Of a stretch of DNA of 64,000 nt, positions 26,780 through 39,885 are shown piece by piece. Within the stretch, counting starts at the first letter, position 1. Each line of letters opens with the position of its first letter. Where the stretch lies: NCBI RefSeq assembly GCF_036321535.1, contig NC_087437.1:74278001-74342000 (forward strand), written 5' to 3'. Below the pieces are notes generated by a model. That model was not told the DNA's origin, ran no database searches, and saw only the letters and a list, made by a program, of their open reading frames with translations. The translations under genes were made by a program, and so were the position numbers. The DNA is from Camelus dromedarius (lineage: Eukaryota).

Positions 26780-28660
26780 AGAAGACACAGTGTCTAAAAA
26801 ATAAACAAATTAAAAATAGATAAATATAACTGTTATTAGGAAAGAAATACAATAAATAGGCCTTTAAATGAAAATATTATTGAAATTAAAAATTAGAAGT
26901 GCTACTACATAAACCCAAGTAAAACACTCAGAAAAGAACATGAAAGAGATAAGATAAAGGGTAATAATCTTTGAGGATCAATCAGGAAGGTTCAAGATCT
27001 AACAATTATGAAATTTCACCCCCACAGTACCTCTGAGATAAAGAATTGAAAAATTAGAGAGAAATAAATTATGCATAGGAAAATTTCTCAGAATGGCTAG
27101 GCTAATGACTTAAATAAAAATTTCAGAACAACAGTCATAAAAGGAAACTTTAAAATCTTCCAGGAAATAATGCAAAAACAAATACCAAAGTCTATCAAAG
27201 GAAAGGGAATCATGACAGTAGCATTTGGAACTTTTATCAGTCATACTGGATGTCAATAGACTGAGGAATGATGCCTTCCAACTGTGAAAGAAAAATCAAA
27301 ATGGAGTCAATGTTGCTAAAAGCACTCTCTAAAATGGAGCCAGGAGGCCATTAAGGAAATGTAACTTAATGTCTCAGCCTGAATGGAATCTGACCTTTGA
27401 CCTGATGAAGTCATCCAGAACACCTGCCAGAAACTTAAGACACTATTTGGACCCTTACCTAAAATAAGTCATGACAGTCTATCTACTTAAGAACACCTAC
27501 CCTAAATCCTAAAACACTCAGATTCCTTAAGGACAAATATTTTCTGACTCTTGTCAGAGTCAATCATAATTCTTGCCAGGTAACTTTAAACAACCATGTG
27601 ACTTTTTGTCTTTATAAGCCCCTTATTCTTACTCTTCTTCCTCAGGACACTATTAGAGTTACCCAAATTTGTGTCTCCCAAAATGCAATTCTTAAGTCCC
27701 CAATTAAACTCTTTTCTTATTTGCAGCCTCCTGCCTTTTTTTTTTTTTTTTTGGTTGACACAACTTGTCAGGGAAAATGATTTTCACCCTAGTACTCTAT
27801 TCTCACCCAAACTACTGGTCAAGTGGGAGGGTAGAATAAAGATATTTTCATACACCTAGTAATTCAAAAGGTTACTACTCTTTTCTCTCTTCGTGGGAGG
27901 TTACTGGGTACATATTTCAGCAAAATAAATAAAAGAGAGAAGTAGACATGGTACACAGAAAATTGAGGGTCCAATGTGGAAGATTTACCAAGAAGTTCTA
28001 AGGCAGTAGTGGTGCAGCAGGCCTGGAGAGCAAAAGTCCATGTTACAGCATGAGGTTAGAGAGTTGGGAGAGGGCGGTTTCCAAGAACGACAAATGGAAA
28101 TACAGACTATCTGATACCTTTGAGTGTTTGGGGAGAATTATTACGAGGCATTTCCCAGATCTGTTGGAATGTTCAGTAAAGGATTATTGATAGGTACATA
28201 GAAAACTAAGCAAAACAAAAAGCAATTGCCGACTCCAGAACAAACTAAAGGTAGTATACTGTTGACATAATAGTGTATTCTTTGGTTCAGTAATCACTAA
28301 TACCTATACAATCATAATAATGTAAACACTGACTGTTGATTTAATCAAAGTTGTGGTAAAATCGTTTTTGGAAGACAGAGAGCAGATGGTGGTAACAGTC
28401 TAAAACTCAACTAGTCAATAGGTCATATTTAAAATAGATGCATTGATAAATAGCAGTATAAAATATTACTTAACACATGGAAGTATAAAATAGAACTTAT
28501 AGCTAGAAGACTTATATGATAATAGAGTTGTGTATAGAAAGGGATAAAAAGGGGTGAGAGACAAGGAACTACTGATTTTTAAGCCCTTTAGATCTATTTG
28601 ATTTTTTTAAATTGTATACTTGTACCACTTTATTTTTTTAAAATCAACATTAAAAAAAAG
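26780..28660 (+). mobile_element. Ancient L1/HAL1-type element (ORF1 region and 3' sequence) split by an LTR
   Basis: Removing the LTR and one TSD copy restores NDAFQLVRENDFHPSTLFSPKLLVKWEGRIKIFS, similar to the L1 ORF1 C-terminal motif (FKVLKENxFQPRILYPAKLSFKxEGxIKTFS). Confidence 0.7.
27283..27760 (+). mobile_element. ERV1-type solo LTR (478 bp)
   Basis: TG...CA termini; 4-bp TSD CAAC (27279-27282 / 27761-27764); repeated 'aaaatggag' near the 5' end; TATA-like TTTATAA ~27611; ATTAAA 27703-27708; T-rich U5. Confidence 0.9.
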
Positions 28661-29604
28661 ATGTTTAGCTGTTCTAAGAAAGAATTGAGAATAACTGAAG
28701 CAGATCAAAAGATACAATAAAAACTTAATTAGAAAAAAGTTCTGTGCTTAAAAAATACAGTGAACAAGGCAAAATTGTTTAAAATAAATTGACTCTTAAG
28801 TACATCATGGCAAAGTTTTTTAAATAACAACTTCTAAAAAAATTTGAAATTGCCAGGCTAAAAAAATATATAATACATTGTGGAATTTTGATGGTAAAGG
28901 CTATAATTCAATAATTTAATAGTGAAACAAATCTTTGTTCCTTGTATGAAAGCAAATGAAACATATTTTCAAACTTTAAATTATTCAAGCTAAAATACTG
29001 GCTAACTAAGTAGCATTCTTAAAAGAAATTGCTTGAAGTTTTCAGACAATCCAAACATGATTCAAAATCAACCTGAACAGAATAGAGATGTTATGATATA
29101 TGTTAATAAAATATTCTTGCTTCACTGTAGGAAAATCAATAGTCAGAATGCAAATTAATTGTAAGAATCCTGAGGAGAGTGGTTTCCTAAACAAATCTTA
29201 CCAAAATGATATCAAAACTGAAAAAAATGTGGAGGTGTTTTTGCCATCTTTCCCTGGTACATCCAGCTGAAACTTAAATGCAAATAGTGCCATTATTAAG
29301 CTTTAGCTCTTGTAATGGCAAGAGCTCTGTATTTAGACCAAGAAATCCCCAAGGAAACAGCTACACTTTTTGAAGTCTGACTAAAATTGATTTTCATCTC
29401 TTTTTTAAAAAAGCAAACTATGACATGGTGGATGATTTTTTTGTACTGTTCATATTTTCTAAATCTTCCTAAACAATGAGAATTTATTTTATTTATGAAA
29501 GAAATAAAATGTAGATTATAAAGAAAAATTCCAGAAACAGAAACAAGAATATACTGAAAGAAACCTGGAAATTATGCAATTGTAAAAACATAATTAAGAG
29601 AATT

Positions 29605-29730
29605 CATTTAAATGTTTATAGATAATTATTTTGTGTCAGGCACTGGCAATACAGCATATACATGAGTTTCCTGCTTTCCTGAAACTTTCAGTCTAGCAAG
29701 AAAGAGAGGCATTGACTATATAATCATGAA
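29605..29730 (-). mobile_element. L2 3' end fragment
   Basis: 'ttcatttaaatgtttat...tgtgtcaggcactgg...cctgctttcctgaaactttcagtctag'. Confidence 0.6.
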
Positions 29731-30109
29731 ACCTGTTAATCAAAGTTTAAAATTCAATTAATGTTTGCCATTAATTTATATTTGTTCAATAAAGAGAACT
29801 ATTTGTTAAAGTGGTAATCTTGGTTCAATTTTTATTTACTTCCTTTACCTCTGATGTATGAACCATGAAAAAATGGACACCATATCTACCCCAGAGGTGA
29901 CTGAGATATGGACTTGAAATATTGGAAAAGATATGAAGATTCCAGTTATTTGCTTTGATAAGTAAGAGATTACTTGGCTATCCTAGTTAATCTTTTTTAT
30001 CTAACATAGGAACTTGGAGAAATCACATCACCACTCTGACTTCAGATTGTTCTTTTATGAAGACATAGATATCTTTCTCATACTGTGTATATGAAGATTA
30101 AATAAAACA

Positions 30110-30335
30110 TCCGTATCTGGTGCCAAATACTGTGCTAGAAACTTTACATAGATTATATCACTTAATTCTTACAACAATTTAAGAAGTCATTAATTATCCC
30201 CATTTTACAGATGAGAAAAGTGAGGTTCAGAATGATTAAAAAATATATTACAAGTTGTACACAGGGTCAGGGATGAAGTTGGGACATGAAACTAAGTCGT
30301 TCTGATTCCAGATCATTTTCTCTTTCCATTAAACC
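30110..30335 (-). mobile_element. MIR SINE
   Basis: 'ttatccccattttacagatgagaaaagtgaggttcaga...tctgattccaga'. Confidence 0.85.
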
Positions 30336-30533
30336 TTACCTTATCTCCTAGCTATTTAGATTCTAAAAAATATCTTTACAGATAATACATAGTCCAAGAG
30401 ATGAGGCTCTGCTGGTGAAATGGCTGTTGCCATGGCATGCAAATGAATGTCTTCCAGGACTGGGTGTAATTCTGTTTGGGAACAACAGGAGTGACTAGGT
30501 ATTTATTTAAAATACTTCTCAGGCCTAAGAATT

Positions 30534-30584
30534 TGTGTGTGTGCTTGCATGCATGCATGCGGCGTGCATGTGTGCGTGTGTGCA
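30534..30584. repeat. (TG)n/(TGCA)n alternating purine-pyrimidine tract
   Basis: tgtgtgtgtgcttgcatgcatgcatgcggcgtgcatgtgtgcgtgtgtgca. Confidence 0.85.
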
Positions 30585-31344
30585 GACATAATCACTCCTT
30601 CCCTCATCTACAATGAGACTTGCAAGGTCCCCCTTAAAAATCCAAAAGCAGTAGCAGTTGCCAAGAACATATCTTCCATTTGTTTCTAATGCAGGTGGTT
30701 GAAACTTGAGTTGTGCTGAAACACAATAGCAATTTATGTGTTGGAAAGCTCCCATGTCTGTCAAAACATGTTAGACATTGCATCAACAGAAGGCTGCTTA
30801 AACTGTCACAGTGAATTTCTGAGCTATTTGCAAACTGCTCGGAAGTATGAAAGGGAAGAGTGTAAACAATTCATGAAATTTACAAAACTGTTTCTGCTTC
30901 TTTGAAATACAACTATTTTAAAACTCACGTGTCTTAAAACTGAAGTACAAAGAAATGTTAAATTTTAAATACCTAGATTACAAATCATCAGAAGACTAAA
31001 TCTGGGCTTGGCAGATTTATGTTGTCTTCCCGTTGCAATGAACTTGGGAACAAAGATCATGGCCATTATCCTGCCATTTAGAAATTATGCGTCCTCAGAA
31101 AAATTTATTTTGGGTTCAATTCACCAAAAAAAAAGAAAAAAAAAGGCACCATGTACCAATTTATATTTTTAAAAGATTGCCTCTTACTTGCAAACTTCCT
31201 TCTTATCAAACTAGTTCTGCCAAACAAAACAAAAGGGAAGGGCACTCTCCTCCTCTCCCTGGCCCAGTACAGTCACTTTGCTCCTGTGATTTCGTGACTA
31301 TGTTAAAATCGGGCCAGAAAACAAGTTGATTAAGACAAAAGAAC

Positions 31345-31550
31345 AATAGCAAAAGTGTTTTGGGGACAGTCTGGACCTAAAAATAAGAATTTGAATCCTG
31401 GTTTCCAGGCTTTTTGAAGTCATGACACTGTTTAATGTCTCAGTTTCTCTATCTCTAAAATAAAGATGGTAATATTTGTTCTATATGTTTTCTATAACAC
31501 ACACAGGAACAAAAAAAAAATATCTGTATAACGTATTCTCTAAGTCTCTT
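31345..31550 (+). mobile_element. MIR SINE (degraded), followed by a (CAT)n tract at ~31575-31615
   Basis: 'atttgaatcctggtttcca...tctcagtttctctatctctaaaataaagatggtaata'. Confidence 0.7.
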
Positions 31551-34139
31551 TAGGAGAAAAGGATGATTTATGAAATCATCGTTATCATCACCATCATCAT
31601 CATCAACATCATTATTACTAGACAAAAGAATAAGACAGGTTCAATTCATTCCAATTTTCATAGTCAAAGCTTATCCAAATTTAAATTAACAAGAAAAGAT
31701 GTTCTGAAACTGTCAGTTATTGAATGTCAGATGCCAATCAAGTCATTTGAATATCTTTTGTGCATGTTATGTCTGGTTGCAGAGAGAAGCAGTGTGTGTG
31801 TGTTTCAGCTCTGAGTGGCACAAAGAACTAGTCATCCAGGAGGACCCACATGATAGCATCTACACTATAGTTCTTTGGTGTCCAGGTGTTGCTCAGGACC
31901 CACTCTATCTACCTTATGCTGTAATCCGACCCTGTATGCCATGAACTGCTGTTTAGTGTCTGTATTTAGTTATACCTCCAGGTGTATTTTGTGTGGCTAG
32001 TTTCTAATCTAGATCACTAAACAAATAAATCACTCTATGAGAGACAATTGTGTTTTCAAGGTGATGAAAACAAGAGCAGAGCCAGGTTTTATATTCATCT
32101 TCTATCCCCTTTCAACACCTAATGCAATGCCTGGAACCCAATAATAAATGTCTGCTGAAAGGAAATTAAATACCAAACAGAGACTGAGATTGTGAGCATG
32201 AGGGGAAAGGTGGTTGTTGCAACTGATGATGGGGGCCCAGAGTCCCAACTAGGGAAATTGCTTTTGTGTTCATTCAATTTCTGTTTATGAGACTGCAGAT
32301 TGCCTGATAGACAACTCAGTGGCAGAGTGCAACCAAAGAGAGATCTTTTTTGCTTGTTTTCCATTAGGCAGAAACTAAAAACCGCCAAGACTTCCCTGAC
32401 AAATCCTGATCATGGTGATTCTCGAACAAAGGATGTGAAACACAGTGTCTTCCTGTGAGTCCCAAATACCCGATATTTATCAAAGCTGCACCTTCAAAAT
32501 CCCCTCCACCCCTGCTGCCATCACCTCCTTTTAGTGCTAATCACACTATCATGAGTCAAAAAAAGGAAAAAGAAAAAAGAAAATCAGAAAAAGAGTGCAG
32601 GGCTGCTAATCTATATAAAAGTCCTAAACAAAGCAAATACAGTTAATACCATGTCTTATTAAATTTTACCCTCCCTTACCAGAGTGATAAAAGGTGACAG
32701 AATCTATAAGACTGAATTCATTTTATACACCACTATTCAAACTAATCCTCCCTGTGGTTCAACGAACAAAGAATTCTGCAGTGGGGAAAACAGGGGTCCT
32801 GCTTTTTATTCTCTAACTCTCCTTTCCTTGCTGGTCAAAGCAAAAACCATTAATTTAATACTCTGCACTGTATTTAGAGCCACAGCATCATAAAGCAATT
32901 GGTGGTCTGACCAACTAGCTATTAAAAAACAAATAGTCTTTCTAGTTTTAGAATCTTCTCACATAGACAGAGTAACCACACAGAAAGCATCAGCAAAAGG
33001 TAACACCTGGGCTGAGAGAACTTCTATTTTGGACTTCCGGCTTAGTCTTGAATTTAACTAAAGCTCTTTGAAAAGTTTAAGACTTTTCAAAATGTGCATC
33101 TTCTCTCCCTTGTGAAGCTATCCCAATTAGTATTATTTTAAGCTGGCAATTAGTATTATTTTAAGTCATCTCCAAAAGATTTATAATAAATCTGTCTACT
33201 CAAGCAAGGTCAAACTTTTCCCCTAATACTGAATATTAATCAATATGTACAAAAGAGTACAGTTAGAATAGTTGTAGTCTTATTATACAAAAAAAAACAG
33301 TATTATTCCAAAATGCAAAATTTTTAAGACACCATTATCCACGGGCTTTCTAAAATGTTTTCAAATTCTTAAATGGCAGTCCTCTTATATTCACCACTCA
33401 GCTACCTGACTCCTTAGATTAACTGTAATAAAGCTCAAATTAACCTTTTATTAATTATCAAGTATTGTTCCATGCTAAAGGTATGCTCATTGAAGAAGAG
33501 GCAAAAGAACATGAATGAATATGATGTATATCAGAGAGCCAAGGGGGACTGATGCCAAGAGAGAACCAAGACTGGGGCACCCGTTTTTCCATTCATCCAT
33601 TAACAATTATTTACCTTCAAATTACTTTTACAGCTGTGTGTAAAAATTCAAGTATGAGTTCCTGACAGATAAAGAAAGAGTAAAAGAGAGAGGGAGGGAG
33701 GAAGAAAGGGAGAAAGAGAAAATGAGAGCAATTACAAAGTATCCATTATTTAGTGAAAGATAGTTTAGAAAAGACAGTTCGGGACAGGTTAGCGAATGAC
33801 CATTCTGTCTGGAGGAGAAAAAGTTTATTTATTGGAGAAGTGAAAAAAAAAAAAATAAGAAAAGTAGATTGGAGTCAGAGTTAAGGATCAATATGGAGGA
33901 ATGACGTCATTGCAGGGAAGATAAAAGTCCCACATCCAAGTAGGAGATGTCCAACACCCAAGCCAATTCTGGAAAAAGATTAAAGCCACTGGCTGAGAAG
34001 TAAGAACTACATTTACCACAGTGGTGAATGTAAAGAGTATAGCAGAGAGTTAATGGTTGGATTCTATAATTGACTAGTGTTGTCCATTCCTTTCTTGATC
34101 ACTTCTATTTATCCTCTTTGGTACTCACCGCTCAAACAT

Positions 34140-34860
34140 CTGCCAATCATTTTCCAATTCTGGGGAGCAGTGGAAAAGCACAGATGAGATAGGAATGGTC
34201 CCAGTCTTCCAGGAATTTCCAGTATAGTGAGGAAGACAAGCATAAACACATCACTGCTATGGAACCCCAGGCGCACAATGACAAGTTCAGCAAAAAAAAA
34301 AAAAAAAAAAAAGGTCAGGAAAGCTTCCTGGAGGAAGTGAATGCAAACTGAGTCCTAAGCAGCAAGTAAGAGCCCCAAGTAAGGGGACTACAGTTTTGGA
34401 ATAAATGAGGGCAGGGCTGTCCAGGAAGAGGAACAATGTAATATAGCACCCAAGTAAAACATCAGGTGTTTGTGTCAGGTAGGGTGCATGTATAAAGCAG
34501 GGAGGATTTTAAGGAATTCAATATTACTGAGGCAAAACCTGAGTCTACTAGTTAATGCTGAAGGAAAGTTTGAAAGAGAAGTTAAGGATGGCTGCATATG
34601 TCCAGGGTTAGAAGACTATTTAAATGTCCACGTGATCAGCTGAAATAAAAAATCCAGGAGAAGAAGCTGGTTATATTGGTGTTTTCTTAGGATGATGGGG
34701 GCAAAATATGCCACCTTCAGTTTTGGATATTTTGACTTTCATGTAACCCATTAGAACTCCAGTTCAACATTTTAATGCACAGCTAGAACTCAGGCAAGAA
34801 TCAGTGTTGGGTGTATAAATCATCAGTAAACAAATAATAGATAAATACAAAATTCAAGGG
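34140..34860 (-). mobile_element. L2 fragments with an internal A21 run
   Basis: 'tggtcccagtcttccaggaatttccagtatagtgaggaagaca', 'ggtcaggaaagcttcctggaggaagtga'. Confidence 0.65.
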
Positions 34861-36371
34861 ATAGAATTTCAGAAGGAATTTAATTTTTTACTTTATAAGT
34901 GAGATCTGCATAATTTATTTTTATTCATGGCCCTGGTTGGTTTTGGTATCAGAGGAAAAATGCACCAACTTTACTTTCATTTTTTAAAATAACAGAAGAA
35001 TAATTGAAATTCTATGAGAACAGAAGTGTGCAGACAGAAACATGGGGACACCAAAATTTACAAGGTATCTAGAAAACAATCAGACTAGACAGAGGCAAAA
35101 AGGCAACTGTTAGAGAACCAGAAGTGGTTTTTAACTTTATTTTTACACTTGCAAGATGATAAATGGTGCTTCCCTTGCCTTGCTTACTCTTCAACTTCAC
35201 CTTGCATATTTTTTAAATGCAAGTCAATATACCATGTGCCGAAAGGCTGAGGTATAAGGAACCCTAGGAAACAAAAGTTGAATGATGGTCTAGGTTTATT
35301 TGTGCTAAGCTGATTCCTGTGGCATTTCTCCACGATGAATCATAAATTCTGTAATTTTTGCAGCTTTCCCTCCAATGAACTCAACATCTTTCTCAGGCAT
35401 TACAGTCATTATGCAAAGTCTATAGATGGCTCTTTCACTGTTGTTTAAGTGTAAGTTATTAAATATTTATTATGTTCCTATGCAACCCAACCATGGCACA
35501 TTCTGCTTCCCCTACAGAAAATTAGTCTAAGGAAGATGTGTATGCCATCTCCTAGGTGAGCTCTGGAAATAAATTAGAAGGTCATGGAGCTTTTCTTTTT
35601 CCCCTGGAAAGGATCTGCAGACAAAACATTCATATTTTTATAAATATTTTCATCAATATTTATTTGGCTATTTTGAACATAAGTGTTGGAAGACAGGGGA
35701 ATGGATCATTTGCTAGAATTTATGATGACTTCTAGAATGTAGATGCCTAAGTTGACTAGGTTTAAAGATTTTTTACTAAGTTCTAAGTTCATACTTCATT
35801 CATCTTGATCACCCCCACATAGTGTCTGACACTGTTTTGTAAATGGTGGATATTCCACCAGTTGCATTATGCTGAAGTTACTGAATTATTTTCAGATATA
35901 ATATTACATCCATCTTATTGTTGGCTTGGAAGATCCCGGTTATAAGTTTTATAATGTTATCATTATATTTATAATATTTTCACACCTCAAATTTACTGTT
36001 GTATTAATTCAAATACTGATCACCCCTGGCTTACTTAAGTAGTGTTTTACTACCTGGTAACATACTTGTTGAAAAAAGACTTCTGACTGGAGGTCTCTTG
36101 CTGTCCTCTAGGATTTTGTCAGTTATGCAGTTGACCCATAGTCTTGAGCAGTTGTCTTTCCTAGACTCAGAAATACAGGCAATCGACCAACAATTTGAAT
36201 CAACTGTATTAGAGTGAAGGGAATATTGGTTTTATTTTCTCCTAATCTCTGTGGAAACTCTTCTTTCTGTCTGTATAATTTTCTTTGTTCATCAACACCT
36301 TTATTCATCTGAGAGTCTTTGTACCCTATCAATTTACTTATTCTGACTTTGTGTTCTTACATAAAAACTTC

Positions 36372-36430
36372 ATATATATATACATACACACACATACACA
36401 TATACATATATATATGACATATATACATAT
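36372..36430. repeat. (TA)n/(CA)n compound microsatellite
   Basis: atatatatatacatacacacacatacacatatacatatatatatgacatatatacatat. Confidence 0.9.
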
Positions 36431-38106
36431 GTCTAAGTGACAGTAATGCTCAGGAGAATTTGCATTCAATGGACAGCAGCCCATATTTTAGTAGAGTGGG
36501 CAATGTACTAGTGCTGTTTTTTGTTTCTAGTGTTTCATGATAGACTGAAAAAGAGTAGAGAGGATAGAAGCTGTCAACTCTCAGGAGCTAGTAGAGATGC
36601 TAAGGGAAGGAGTGATGGGGGGGTTTCACAGATGAAGAAGCAGCAAACCCAGTGTTACTGAAAATTAATTCTCATGACATCCTTAATACACATGCATTAG
36701 ATCTGATTACTATTTTACTTTTAAACAAGGCTTTGTAACTTTCAAAGCTATTTTACGTACATTTTCTCTTTCTGGTTCCTAACAGTCCAGTGTGATACAA
36801 AGTAGAAAAATGAAGTACTGATTTTAAATACCTGCCAATATGTTACTATATTATTTTTTTCCTAATGAAGTTTCTTTACAGATGAAAATTCTTTTGCTTG
36901 TTTTGTGAAGAATTTGCTCTGTTTTAAGTTGCTCTAAAATAGAAAGATGTATCTAAGTCAGACCTGGTAAACATCTCCATCACTGACTATGTTGCAAATG
37001 ACTTTTTTTTTGAAGACATAAAACTGAGACAGTTCATAATGGTATTTGGGGAAATGCTAATATTATCTTTGTTTTTCGCCTGCAGCTTTTTGTTTGCTTT
37101 AGGAACTAAAAAAAAATGGGGTGAGGGAGAGAGAAGGGAAGACAAAGAGAAAGAAAACAAAGTAAATAACCTTATTTAGAATTACTTCTGCAATGCTATC
37201 AGACTTATTTTTCAAATTGGCATAGACTTGTTTTAAGCTAAGAAAATCTCTATTGATGTTTATTGAAACAGTACAGCTAAAATCAATATGTTTCTTATGA
37301 AATAATGCAAGGAACACTTGAGTACATGGAGGAAGTTTTCTGAATTTGGGAAGGAGCGTTAGCTGTTATGAACTGAAACAAAGCTAGAACTGTAAATTCT
37401 GATTCCTGTTTCTATATCTCTCACGATCTTGGCACATTGTTTCTCTTTACAAATTGGCCAAAATTGGATCTATTTATAAAAATTTAACTGAAACATATAG
37501 TGCTTTATAGATGTTATCCTTTCAAGTTATATCCAGGAGTAATTGGATTATTTATGGCCAAGAACTAAACTACAAATTGGAAAATAGGCTTTTGCATTTA
37601 CATACTTTATAAGTGGTAAAACCAAAACCAACAATTTACAATGGCAGCCACATAACCAGTTACTCCTGGAACAGAAATTTTAATGCATCAAGCTTTTATT
37701 CCTCTTCCTTCTCGGGGAATTTAGTAGAAACATGTTTCTCAGACAGAGAAGAGACTGTTAAAAGAAACATCCTTAGAATTACGGTCACGTCTCCCCTAAC
37801 TAGAGACATCTCTGAGGAGCATGTTTACTGTGGAGGGTAACAGTGAGTGGATGATTCTTTATAGTACTTTGGAATCTGAGGGGCAGAGTGACAAATTCCT
37901 CCAGACAACAGCTGCTGCTGGTAGTAAGTGTGCATCACAGCAGTAGTACTGGTGATGCCCACACGAACAGTGTCACTCACTGTGCTTCCTTGTGTGAAAT
38001 AGTAACAGGAAACACACTGTAAAAATTCAAATATAATGACTGTCCATTTACTGTTTTTTTCTTACAGATTATTCCAGATTGTATTTTCTGACTGAATGGC
38101 TATTCT

Positions 38107-38198
38107 GAGAGAGAAAGAGAGAGAGAGACGGAGAGGGAGGGAGGCAGAGAGAGAGAAGAGAGAAGGAAGGAAGGAAGAAGGAAGACAGGGTGTGTGTG
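38107..38198. repeat. (GA)n/(GGAA)n tract with short (GT)n
   Basis: Seen directly. Confidence 0.85.
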
Positions 38199-38526
38199 AA
38201 TCAACCTTGTAAGACTGCATCAGTGCTTCGAACTGGTACCATAAATAGGCAGAATTAGACTATTATGATGAAATCAGAACAGGAACTCTGGATAGCATTT
38301 CTCTTTATATGTAACATGGGCAAAACAACTGTGATCAGACATCCAGACAGTTGGGCTGTGAGCACCATGGACATTGTCATCAGTTTATAGAGCTTCAGAA
38401 ATGAAAAATAAAAATAAATAAAAAGAGGTGTAGGGTACAGAGAAAGCACTGTAATCTGTGGAAGATAAAAATGAGTCCTATGAGGACGAGCAAGAGTTAA
38501 AGTTTTCACTGCAGGAAGTCAAGCAA

Positions 38527-39190
38527 TCATTCATCCTTTCATCAAATATCATTAAACGCTTCCTGCGTGCCAGGGAGTCTTAATCTTAGGACTTCAGAAG
38601 TGAACTATACAAAGTCCTTGTTCCAAGAAACTTATTCTAGAGGGGTAAGCCCAATGTAATTGGTAAATAAATAAATATACAATATATTACTAGGCATTTG
38701 AAGTGCTGTGAAGAAAAATAAATAGACTAAGGATCTGGAGAATAACTGAGGCATGTATTAGGTGAAATGATTAAAAATGCCTCTTTGAGGAGGTGATTCT
38801 GGGGACAGATTTGAATGAAATAAGGAAGGGGTTTATGCAAAGATACAGGGGAAGAGAATTTCATGAAGAGGAAAGAGCAAGTCTGTAGTCCTGGGCAGGC
38901 AGGAAGAAGTATGGTAGGAGAAGACCTCAAAGATGTAATAGACAGGACAGATAACGGAGCATCTGTCATTGGTCCTAAGTGTGATGGAAGTCCACTGGAG
39001 AGTTCTGAACAGGGGAGACATGATTGAATCACGAGACTGATCTATCTTCTGACTGGGGAATGCATTTTTAGAAAGGCAAGAGTAGACGAGGGACATCAGT
39101 TAGAGAAATAATGGCTTGAACTAGAAAAGTGCAGTTGGATCTACAGTAGACATGATGAGATTCTGGATATATCTTAAGGGTGGAGTTCAT
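38527..39190 (-). mobile_element. L2a-like LINE 3' region
   Basis: 'tcattcatcc...tgcgtgccagg', 'gcctctttgaggaggtgattc', 'gatggaagtccactggagagttctgaacaggggagacatgat', 'gattctggatatatcttaagg'; explains ORFs 38727-39096. Confidence 0.85.
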
Positions 39191-39254
39191 TTCTGAACAT
39201 GTTAACTTTGAACAAAATTAATGATGATGATAACATATGAGATACTGCTATACC

Positions 39255-39425
39255 TATATTTCTCAACTTCCCTTGCAGTTTGGTGGGGTCATGTGACTGG
39301 ATACTGGCCAACTAGTCTTAGCTCTTAAAGCACTTCCAGATACTCTGCCATCTGCTGGCACTCTCTCCTCATCTGCCAGAGGCTGCAGAGGATCTCCTCA
39401 AAGACTCCAAGAAAAGGAGATGAAC
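39255..39425 (+). mobile_element. MaLR/ERVL LTR fragment (MLT1-like)
   Basis: 'tatttctcaacttcccttgcagtttggtggggtcatgtgactggatactggccaa'. Confidence 0.6.
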
Positions 39426-39459
39426 CCTAACTCATTCTGGTAATAACGGTCATAATGAG

Positions 39460-39625
39460 AATAATGATAATATAGTAAAAAATTTTTATGAAGTCTGTAA
39501 GACATTGTCTTATGTTCACACATGTTATTTGACACTTCTGGCGGCACTCTGAACAAAGTGGCATCGTTACCCTCGCCTTACAGATGAAGCTGTCTCCAAG
39601 AGACATCTCCGGGAGCCACTTAGAC
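39460..39625 (-). mobile_element. MIR fragment
   Basis: 'ttcacacatgttatttgac...cctcgccttacagatgaag'. Confidence 0.6.
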
Positions 39626-39629
39626 GTAG

Positions 39630-39885
39630 GGTTTAGGCAGTGGAGCGCAGCAGCTGAAGTCTGGACCAGAGTCACGCAGATGTGAGTTCTGATCCTCACT
39701 CTGCTGATTACCAGAAGTATGATCTTCTGCAAATTATTTAAGTTTTCTGGTTCTTGGTTTTTTAGCACCTGTAAAATGAGAACAATAGTATCTACATAGG
39801 TAGTTGTGAAAATGGAATGATCTTTATGCAAATTGTACAGATTTGCCGAAATTGCTTCATAAATAATAATTGGTATTATTATTGT
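39630..39885 (+). mobile_element. MIR SINE
   Basis: 'gagttctgatcctcactctgct...gcaaattatttaag...cacctgtaaaatgagaacaatagtatctacatagg'. Confidence 0.8.
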
